DNA of 64,000 nt from NCBI GenBank assembly GCA_965661435.1, contig CBFIDS010000123.1:1684-65683 (forward strand), in the 5' to 3' direction. Both the position numbers and the translations under genes were made by a program. Shown piece after piece: positions 50,554-58,085 of this stretch. The stretch is from Roseivirga sp. (lineage in GTDB: Bacteria; Bacteroidota; Bacteroidia; Cytophagales; Cyclobacteriaceae). The notes under the pieces were generated by a model, which did no database searches, was not told the origin of the DNA, and worked only from the letters and a program-made list of their open reading frames with translations. The number at the start of each line of letters is the position of its first letter. Positions within the stretch are counted from its first letter, which is position 1.

Positions 50554-51186
50554 ATGGAGAACCCGGTAATGATTTTTGGCGCCAATGAACTTGGTCGAGC
50601 AGCAGTAGAGATATTTGAAAGCAATGACATCATTGTATATGGTTTTCTAGATGATGATGAAAAGCTCCATGGTGAAGCCTTTGGAGAATTGTCAATTCTA
50701 GGAAGAACTGATGATGACGGATTTTTAAAGCTCATTGGAAAGAAATGCGAAGCATTTATTGCTGTTGACGATAGAGAGTTAAGGAAAGGGCTTGTAGGTC
50801 TCATCAAGAAGAAGAGAAAGATGATGCCGGTCAATGCTATTCATAGCAACACGGAAATTGCTCCTTCTGCCCAAGTGGGCCATGGTGAATTCATTAACAG
50901 CGGAGTAGTGATAGGCTCAAATGCAAAGATTGGAGATCATTGCATGATTCATACGAATGCTACTATTGATTATAGTGCCAAACTAGGTAACCTTGTTCAA
51001 GTGGGGGCAGGTAGTGTTATTGGTAGCGAAGCTGAATTAGGCGATAATGTTTTCGTGGGATCAGGAGTAACTATAGTGCCTGGAATCAAAATAGCTTCTA
51101 ATGCGAGAATTGGAGCTGGTTCTATAGTGATCGCTAACGTAGGAAAGGGAGAAACCGTTTTTGGTAATCCGGCTCAGAAAGTTTAG
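50554..51186 (+). CDS. NeuD/PglD-like sugar O-acetyltransferase (hexapeptide repeats)
   Basis: N-terminal Rossmann-like IFGA...GFLDD, left-handed beta-helix repeats, VFGNPA. Confidence 0.88.
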   Translation: MENPVMIFGANELGRAAVEIFESNDIIVYGFLDDDEKLHGEAFGELSILGRTDDDGFLKLIGKKCEAFIAVDDRELRKGLVGLIKKKRKMMPVNAIHSNTEIAPSAQVGHGEFINSGVVIGSNAKIGDHCMIHTNATIDYSAKLGNLVQVGAGSVIGSEAELGDNVFVGSGVTIVPGIKIASNARIGAGSIVIANVGKGETVFGNPAQKV

Positions 51187-51308
51187 ACCTAATGTCTTTG
51201 CTTAGTAAAGACTATAAATTGTAATTCGGGAAGCGTGTTAAAGTCTAAAGGGTTTAACTTTAGAAATAGAAACCAGAAAATCACCCTACAAGCAATAGGG
51301 CAGAGTAT

Positions 51309-52274
51309 ATGGAAAAGAAATATTCAATTTTATTGTATTACTGCTACGCCAAGATCGAGGATTTTGAAGCGTACAGAGAACAGCATCACCTTTTTTGTGT
51401 TGAAAACAATCTCAGAGGTAGAATCATTATTTCGCCAGAAGGCCTAAATGGTACTGTATCCGGTCTAAAAGAAGATTGTGAAAAATACATGGACTATGTC
51501 AAGTTAGATCAAAGATTCGCTGATACTGAATTCAAAATAGAGTCGCATGATCAAATGGCCTTTGCCAAGCTTCATGTTAGGGTCAAGCCTGAGATCGTCC
51601 ACTCTAGCCTTAAACATATCAATCCAAGAGAAAAAACAGGTAAATATGTTGAGCCTGAGGACTTCAAAAAGATCCTGGAAGAGCAGCCAGAAGATACTGT
51701 AGTGTTAGATGTTAGAAGCAACTATGAGCACAATGTAGGTAGATTCAAGAATGCACTAACCTTAGATATTGACAACTTCAGAGACTTCCCTGAAAAAGTG
51801 AAGGAGTTAGAGCATTTGAAAAATAAGAAGGTGGTCACTTATTGTACTGGTGGGATCAAATGCGAAAAAGCCAGTGCCTATTTGCTGGAGCAAGGATTTG
51901 AGAATGTCCACCAACTGCATGGCGGCATCATTAAATATGGTATCGAGGCTGAAGGAAAAGATTTCGAGGGAAAATGCTACGTTTTTGACAATCGTATTAC
52001 TGCGGACGTCAATCATGTGAATCCCAGCATAGTTTCTAGATGCCATATCTCTGGGGTTGCCACTGATCGAATGGTCAATTGTGCTAATCCAGAGTGCAAT
52101 GCACATATTCCAATGTCAGAAGAGGCAGGATGGCTGATGGATGGGTGTTGTTCTGACGAGTGCAGAAATAACCCGAAGCGTAGGCCTTATGATGGAACGG
52201 GCTACTATCAAAAGAACACAAATAATTATAATCCATTAAAAGGAGTAAAGAGAGATCCTGTAGAAATTAAATGA
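51309..52274 (+). CDS. trhO: Rhodanese-domain tRNA uridine(34) hydroxylase TrhO (UPF0176/YceA)
   Basis: GRIIIS.EGLNGT, DVRSNYE, YCTGGIKCEKAS, LHGGIIKY, GKCYVFDNR. Confidence 0.92.
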   Translation: MEKKYSILLYYCYAKIEDFEAYREQHHLFCVENNLRGRIIISPEGLNGTVSGLKEDCEKYMDYVKLDQRFADTEFKIESHDQMAFAKLHVRVKPEIVHSSLKHINPREKTGKYVEPEDFKKILEEQPEDTVVLDVRSNYEHNVGRFKNALTLDIDNFRDFPEKVKELEHLKNKKVVTYCTGGIKCEKASAYLLEQGFENVHQLHGGIIKYGIEAEGKDFEGKCYVFDNRITADVNHVNPSIVSRCHISGVATDRMVNCANPECNAHIPMSEEAGWLMDGCCSDECRNNPKRRPYDGTGYYQKNTNNYNPLKGVKRDPVEIK

Positions 52275-53140
52275 TGAGATCTCAACGAATCGCTGAATCT
52301 GAGTTGATCATTAATGCCGAAGGAAGGATCTACCATCTCAATCTGAAGCCCGATATGGTGGCTGATACGATCATCGTTGTTGGTGATCCTGATCGAGTTG
52401 GTAAGGTCAGTCAATACTTCGATAAGGTTCTTCTTCAAGTAAACAACCGAGAGTTAGTTACACATACGGGGGAATTAGGAGGTAAGCTTCTAACAGTAAT
52501 GAGCTCAGGAATGGGGTCTGATAATGTTGAGTTGCTTATGACAGAGCTTGATGCCTTAGTCAACATTGATTTTGAAACCAGAAGGGTCAAGAAAAAACTT
52601 AAGAAACTGAATGTCATTAGAATCGGAACCTCAGGTTGTATACAGGCAGATATTCCGATCGATTCGATTTTAACCTCTAAAGCCGCACTTGGTCTAGATA
52701 CCCTAAGTAGTTTCTATCAACGCAAAGTTCAAGATGATCTTGGTGTTATTGAAAGCAAGGTTCAGCGGCTTATGGATCTTCCATTCAAGCCATATATTGT
52801 GAAGGGTTCTGAATCTATGCTTCGTATTTTCGAGAAAGATACGCATCATGGTGTCACTATTACAGCTCCTGGGTTTTATGCTCCACAAGGGAGGAAGATA
52901 AGGCTTCCGATCAGTAGACCGACACTGATCGCTGACTTAGCTAAAATGAATACCTCTTTCGGTAGATTCACAAATCTGGAAATGGAAACAGCGGCTTATT
53001 ATATGATGGCAGAATTACTTGGGCATGAGATGATCAGCTTGAATGCATTGATTGCCAATAGAGTGCAAGGGTCATTTTCTGATGCCCCCGAAATGGTAGT
53101 AGACCGATTAATTCAATTGGTCCTCTCAAAAATTGTCTAA
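52271..53140 (+). CDS. Nucleoside phosphorylase (uridine phosphorylase-like)
   Basis: IYHL, VGDPDRV, IRIGTSG, GFYAPQGR, NLEMET. Confidence 0.9.
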   Translation: MMRSQRIAESELIINAEGRIYHLNLKPDMVADTIIVVGDPDRVGKVSQYFDKVLLQVNNRELVTHTGELGGKLLTVMSSGMGSDNVELLMTELDALVNIDFETRRVKKKLKKLNVIRIGTSGCIQADIPIDSILTSKAALGLDTLSSFYQRKVQDDLGVIESKVQRLMDLPFKPYIVKGSESMLRIFEKDTHHGVTITAPGFYAPQGRKIRLPISRPTLIADLAKMNTSFGRFTNLEMETAAYYMMAELLGHEMISLNALIANRVQGSFSDAPEMVVDRLIQLVLSKIV

Positions 53141-53793
53141 TTGAGATGATCTGATTTTAGTCTTTCAATATGTTTGACGGCGTCTCCAAAGAATTTGAGC
53201 ATTGTATTGATCTCATTCAGATTGAAAGCTAAAGTGTTTTTGAAATCAGGTGATTCAAAATAACTTTCATCAAATACCTTTCCCGTGATCATATCGTACT
53301 TCGCCATTAGCACTGGAAAGTAATTTCTATCAAGAGCGTCCATTACATTCGCTTGTTCAAGACTAATAAGCTCATATAGCTTGTATAACTCGATCAATGA
53401 TTTTTTCAGACCGGGGTCTTTTATGATTTTAAAATCTCCACTTTGTTGTAGAGAGATATAAGTATAGTTATTTGGCTGAAAATGGAAATAGTTGCCAATT
53501 AGTTGAGCATAAAACACCAATGAATCTGCTGATACTTTTGGGCCACCTTCTAGATAATACTTATACCCTTGAATTAGCTGATCATACTTCTTATTATTCT
53601 GGTAAATCGCAAAGGTTAGATCCTCAATGTCTTTGTCTAAGTCATTTGCAATGTCTGTTAGATAAACCTCTTCTAATTGCCTTTCCTTCTTTTCTTCACC
53701 AAGATTGGATAACCAGAAAGCAATTGTGATTCCTAGTAGAACAATAAAGAATTCTATGAAATAGTCCTTTAGTTGATAATTGGTTCGTTTCAT
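53137..53793 (-). CDS. Membrane-anchored hypothetical protein (DUF6090-like)
   Basis: YFIEFFIVLLGITIAFWLSN..E N-terminus; TY..LQQSGDFKII. Confidence 0.7.
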   Translation of the reverse strand: MKRTNYQLKDYFIEFFIVLLGITIAFWLSNLGEEKKERQLEEVYLTDIANDLDKDIEDLTFAIYQNNKKYDQLIQGYKYYLEGGPKVSADSLVFYAQLIGNYFHFQPNNYTYISLQQSGDFKIIKDPGLKKSLIELYKLYELISLEQANVMDALDRNYFPVLMAKYDMITGKVFDESYFESPDFKNTLAFNLNEINTMLKFFGDAVKHIERLKSDHLN

Positions 53794-53839
53794 GATCTTT
53801 CCTATAGGGGAAAGACTCTTAGAAACAAGGGGAGTTGCA

Positions 53840-54418
53840 TCACTTGTCTTTCGCCTTTAGTCGACCTTGAATTAATAAGTTGAATTCTGTACAAGTTAGA
53901 ACTCCGTTATTAGAATAAGGGCAGGTTTTGTAAAGGCGCTCACCAAGCCTATCTACTTTGATGATTAGATCATCTCCGCGGCAAACAGGACAAGTGATGT
54001 ATTCATTTTCATCGCAATTGATAGTGTTGAGGTAGAAGAATTTTGAATTGATGTCTGCCTTTTTCGCAGAAGTTCTATTATTTCTAAAAGCTTCTTCTGC
54101 TTTTTCAAGAAGGTCAATAGTCTCTTGGGAAAACTGACCTCTACTTCCTCTTAATTCTAAATACTTATTCAGCCAATCTATACTTTGCGAATACTTATTC
54201 ATATAGAATGAGTTTTTACCGAAATAGAAACAGAAGTCTGCTGAGAGAACGTCTATTCTATCTAATGCAGACATAAAGAATCCATCTGCCTCAGAGTACT
54301 GGTTAAGGTCTAAATAATAAACAGCGGAATCTATATATCGTCTGGGATCCTCTCTCTCTTGTGCCTTGAGGCTTAGTGCACACAAGGTTAATATCAATGC
54401 AAAGACTACTTTTTTCAT
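53840..54418 (-). CDS. Exported TPR-like protein with C-terminal Cys cluster
   Basis: Signal peptide; FYFGKNSF...YSQSIDWLNKYLEL; CPVCRGD...CPYS..G..TC. Confidence 0.7.
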   Translation of the reverse strand: MKKVVFALILTLCALSLKAQEREDPRRYIDSAVYYLDLNQYSEADGFFMSALDRIDVLSADFCFYFGKNSFYMNKYSQSIDWLNKYLELRGSRGQFSQETIDLLEKAEEAFRNNRTSAKKADINSKFFYLNTINCDENEYITCPVCRGDDLIIKVDRLGERLYKTCPYSNNGVLTCTEFNLLIQGRLKAKDK

Positions 54419-54428
54419 AATCGACACT

Positions 54429-54436
54429 CAAAAATA
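54429..54436 (-). promoter_or_regulatory. -7 promoter element (TATTTTTG) for the TPR-like gene
   Basis: TAnnTTTG on the minus strand 10 nt upstream of ATG 54418, just downstream of a terminator. Confidence 0.55.
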
Positions 54437-54451
54437 CAAAATCTACCAACT

Positions 54452-54476
54452 AAAAAGCCTCGGTATTACCGAGGCT
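54452..54476 (-). terminator. Intrinsic terminator (minus strand)
   Basis: Perfect inverted repeat AGCCTCGGTA-T-TACCGAGGCT with a T tract on the minus strand. Confidence 0.85.
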
Positions 54477-54508
54477 GCAAAACTTAACTGTATTTAACGT
54501 TGCTGGAA

Positions 54509-54625
54509 TTATTTACTAGACTCCTTTTTCTTTGGAATAGATATCTTTTTTCCCGCAATGCTATATATGCCAAGACCGGTTGCCAAAACTGCTGCAGTTG
54601 TAAGTAAAATTGTTTTTGTTTTCAT
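54509..54625 (-). CDS. 38-aa single-TM microprotein (not in the ORF track)
   Basis: MKTKTILLTTAAVLATGLGIYSIAGKKISIPKKKESSK*; A-rich upstream context; followed by the terminator at 54452-54476. Confidence 0.65.
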   Translation of the reverse strand: MKTKTILLTTAAVLATGLGIYSIAGKKISIPKKKESSK

Positions 54626-54852
54626 CCTTATTGTTATTACTCGCTTTATTTAAGACAATGATTGTACCAAAAAAATGGTATTATTCGAATAATCTCCTTT
54701 TGTCTTAGATGAGTCTTACTATTTATACATCTCATATACGGAAAAACCTTATCCTTTGGCTGAAATTTTTTCAAGATTTTTCCACTAATCACTATTTGAT
54801 TTTTTGAGCATTGGTTCTTTGCTATTTTAAGGTCATTGATAATCAACTTTTT

Positions 54853-56217
54853 ATGAAAAGACTAATACTAACAACAAGTTTCATCATGATGCTTGGCTTT
54901 GGTGTGAGTGCTCAAGAAGCACCGCCTGAAATTGACACGAGAATGTATGAGATCATCAATAATGTTTCTGCGGAGAGGATAGAGGCAGACATTAGAACTT
55001 TGGCAGGATTCGGTACTAGAAATACTTTTTCTGATACAGTTTCAGAAACAAGAGGTATTGGAGCTGCGCGAAGATGGATCAAAGCTGAGTTTGAAAAAAT
55101 CTCTGAAGAATGTGGCGGTTGCCTAGAGGTTTTTTATCAAAAAGATCTAGTGACTACAGAGATGAGTAGGCGTGTTCCCAGGGATGCTTATATCGTAAAT
55201 GTAGTTGCGGTGCTTAGAGGGACGGATAATCCTAATAACTACGTAATGATGTCTGGAGATATCGATTCCAGAGCATCTAACACCATGAATTACGAAATAG
55301 ATGCTCCGGGCGCAAACGATAATGCTTCAGGAATGGCAGGTACCATAGAAGCAGCTAGAGTACTAAGCAAATACAAATTTAAAAACTCTATTGCCTTTGT
55401 AGGTCTTTCTGGTGAAGAGCAGGGTTTATTTGGCGGAGCTGGATTGGCACGTTATGCTCAAGAAAACGAATGGAATATTCTTGGCATATTGAATAATGAT
55501 ATGATCGGAAATATTGAAGGTGTTGATGGCGTAATTGACAATAGGTCATTTCGAATTTTCTCTGAGCCAACTCCCGCTAATGAGACCGATAGAGAAAGAG
55601 GAGCTCGTAGATTTACAGGTGGAGAAGTAGATGGAAATTCTCGTCAGTTGGCAAGGTATATACACAACCAGGTAAAAACATATATGCCAGAAATGAATCC
55701 AATGATGATCTATCGATTAGATAGATTTGGACGTGGAGGTCACCATAGGCCATTCAATGACCTTGGATATGCCGGTGTTAGAATCATGGAAGCTCATGAG
55801 AATTATAATCGTCAACATCAGAATATTCGTGAAGAGAATGGAATCAAATATGGTGATGTTGTAGAAGGAGTGAATTTCGGTTATGCTAAAAAGCTTACTG
55901 CTGTTAATGCGATCTCACTAGCCGGACTAGGATTTGCTCCTCCACAACCTAACGAAGTTAGAATTGGCGGTGCAGTTCGACCAAGCACTACGCTTCAATG
56001 GGAGGCTTCTGATGATTCAGATATTGCAGGCTATAAGATCTATTGGAGATTAACTACCTCACCAACTTGGGATAACTTCGTTTATGTATCAGGAACCAAT
56101 GAGCATACCCTAGAAGGTATTGTAATTGATAATTACTATTTCGGTGTTGCAGCTGTTGGGAAAGATGGTAATGAATCTGCTGTTGTATTTCCTTATCAGC
56201 AGATACGTAGGAGATAG
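54853..56217 (+). CDS. M28 family metallopeptidase with C-terminal FN3-like domain
   Basis: Signal peptide; GDIDSR, PGANDNASG, GEEQGLFG, NNDMIG, RGGHH. Confidence 0.9.
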   Translation: MKRLILTTSFIMMLGFGVSAQEAPPEIDTRMYEIINNVSAERIEADIRTLAGFGTRNTFSDTVSETRGIGAARRWIKAEFEKISEECGGCLEVFYQKDLVTTEMSRRVPRDAYIVNVVAVLRGTDNPNNYVMMSGDIDSRASNTMNYEIDAPGANDNASGMAGTIEAARVLSKYKFKNSIAFVGLSGEEQGLFGGAGLARYAQENEWNILGILNNDMIGNIEGVDGVIDNRSFRIFSEPTPANETDRERGARRFTGGEVDGNSRQLARYIHNQVKTYMPEMNPMMIYRLDRFGRGGHHRPFNDLGYAGVRIMEAHENYNRQHQNIREENGIKYGDVVEGVNFGYAKKLTAVNAISLAGLGFAPPQPNEVRIGGAVRPSTTLQWEASDDSDIAGYKIYWRLTTSPTWDNFVYVSGTNEHTLEGIVIDNYYFGVAAVGKDGNESAVVFPYQQIRRR

Positions 56218-56234
56218 GAGTATCTTCATAAACT

Positions 56235-56271
56235 AAGAAAGGGTCTGCTTTATAATTGCAGATTCTTTCTT
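56235..56271. terminator. Stem-loop downstream of the M28 peptidase
   Basis: AAGAAAGGGTCTGC-loop-GCAGATTCTTTCTT. Confidence 0.55.
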
Positions 56272-56294
56272 GCTTTAAGAAAGAACTTGAGTGA

Positions 56295-56336
56295 TAAAGA
56301 AAAAAAGCCCTGCATCTGAAGGGCTTTTTTTCTTTA
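56295..56336. terminator. Bidirectional intrinsic terminator
   Basis: TAAAGAAAAAAAGCCCT-loop-AGGGCTTTTTTTCTTTA between convergent genes. Confidence 0.88.
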
Positions 56337-56351
56337 AAGCATGAGAGAAAA

Positions 56352-57062
56352 CTAGTTGTTATCCCTTACCTTTTCAAAGTCTACTTTTCCGTATTCGTCT
56401 ACTGTTGTTATCACAACAACTCCATTGGCTCCTCTGAAACCTAATGGAGCACCATCTTTCATTACATTAATGGTTTTCACTTCTTGTGGAGTTAAGATTC
56501 CAATGTCCTGCCAGATAACACCATCTACTAAGTACAGTGCTGTATTCTCACCAGCAGTGCTGTAATAATTAATGTCTCTGATTACTACTCTTTTCTCTCC
56601 TAGTTCAGTGAGTACTTTTACTCCTGGAAATTTTCCTTTCAAGAGGGTCCAAACATCAGGATATCTATAATGGTCATTGTTGTATTCTAAAAAGTTCGAT
56701 TTAGAATACATTAATGACTCTTCAGTTAAGTGTCCTGAGAGTACAGCAATCTCTTCATTACGAGTGCCCTCCAAGAAAAGTAGTTTAACATCCATGCGCT
56801 GGCCTGCAACGACTTTTTTCACTTCCTTCTGAAAACCTTCGCCTTCGAAAACCAACTTGTCTTTGCCTTTGGTTTCAATAGTGAAATTTCCGTTTTCATC
56901 AGTGGTAACAGTTTGCTTCGATTTTTTCGCCTTTACGGAGATATTCATGACTGGAGTGTTTTTAAAGGCGTAGACTTTTCCAGTTACTAATTTGTTTTGT
57001 GCAAAACTGAAAGTCGAGATCAGAAATAAAGTAAGAATGAGTATTGTGGGCCTGTTTTTCAT
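56352..57062 (-). CDS. CarboxypepD_reg-like + TonB-dependent receptor plug domain protein (no barrel)
   Basis: Signal peptide; VTGKV...TTDENGNF; LKGKFPGV, LYLVDG, INVMKD, GFRGANGVVVITT (SusC-type plug signature). Confidence 0.82.
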   Translation of the reverse strand: MKNRPTILILTLFLISTFSFAQNKLVTGKVYAFKNTPVMNISVKAKKSKQTVTTDENGNFTIETKGKDKLVFEGEGFQKEVKKVVAGQRMDVKLLFLEGTRNEEIAVLSGHLTEESLMYSKSNFLEYNNDHYRYPDVWTLLKGKFPGVKVLTELGEKRVVIRDINYYSTAGENTALYLVDGVIWQDIGILTPQEVKTINVMKDGAPLGFRGANGVVVITTVDEYGKVDFEKVRDNN

Positions 57063-57152
57063 AATGACTCTAATTTAGTGTTTTTACGAATCTCTTGAAA
57101 CATGGTTTTGTTGAGCGGAATCTTTAAGTAGTTGATTTTTAATAAATTGTGT

Positions 57153-58085
57153 CTAGCAATACTTCTGCCACCACTTTTCAGAGATATGAGAATCGCATTG
57201 GAATATTTCTCCAGGTGAGGGTGAAATATGATCAATATCTGCCTTGTCTGCAGCTTCAATAAATCTCTCTATTGGATCTGTCCAGGTATGCTGGGCTAAT
57301 GCAAAGCCAGCCCAGTGAACAGGCTTTACCTTCTTGACTCTGGCGTCAATGGCAGCTTGAATTGCTTCTTCCGGATACAGATGAATTAAGTGCCAAAGTT
57401 TGTTGTATTGACCACTTTCCATAAAACCAAAATCAAAAGGGCCAAGCCTTTCACCTACCTCTTTAAAGTGGTTGCCGTATCCACCATCTCCACTGAAGTA
57501 AATGTTTTCTTTATGAGTTTTAAAGGCCCAACCGCCCCAGAGAGACTTGGCTCTATCTTGCAATCCCCTTCCAGAAAAATGCCTTGATGGGGTGAAAGTG
57601 ATTTCAATTCCTTCAAAGCTTGAATGATCCCACCAATCAAATTCTTTGATAATGGAGGAGTCTACACCCCAACTTTCAAGATGACGTCCGCATCCAAACG
57701 CAACAAAGTATTCCTTGGTTTTAGGAATAAGCTTCTTCATGCTTGCTAAGTCCAAATGATCATAATGATCATGGGAGAGTAATAGTAGATCAATTTCGGG
57801 TAGATCATGGATTAGCGCTAAAGTATTTTCCGTGAATCTTTTAGATTTGAATGGAGCTATAGGTGCTGCATCCGGACCAAGCATTGGATCTATCAATAAT
57901 TGGTTTTTGAGGAGCTCGACCTTTTGTCTTAAAAAACTGTTTGTATAAAAGCTTCGGCATGTTCTTGAGCCCAATATCCATATTGGTCATTTCTGCATTT
58001 TGAAACTTACCTTCCCTCCATTGTGGAGATTTTTGATATCTCTCTAAAGCTCTTTTGTGAGCTTACCTCCGAATTGTTTTATCAT
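57153..58085 (-). pseudogene. MBL-fold metallo-hydrolase (RomA/NAPE-PLD-like), disrupted
   Basis: SHDHYDHLD, PSRHFSGR, FSGDGGY, GQYN, PVHW. The true N-terminus MIKQFGGKLTKEL starts at 58085, frameshifts at ~58046 and has a second break at ~57898. Confidence 0.8.

Noticed and set aside
54646-54846. 66-aa minus-strand ORF in the divergent intergenic region
   Set aside because: No recognisable features and it occupies the promoter region of the M28 peptidase; the 38-aa ORF downstream is better supported
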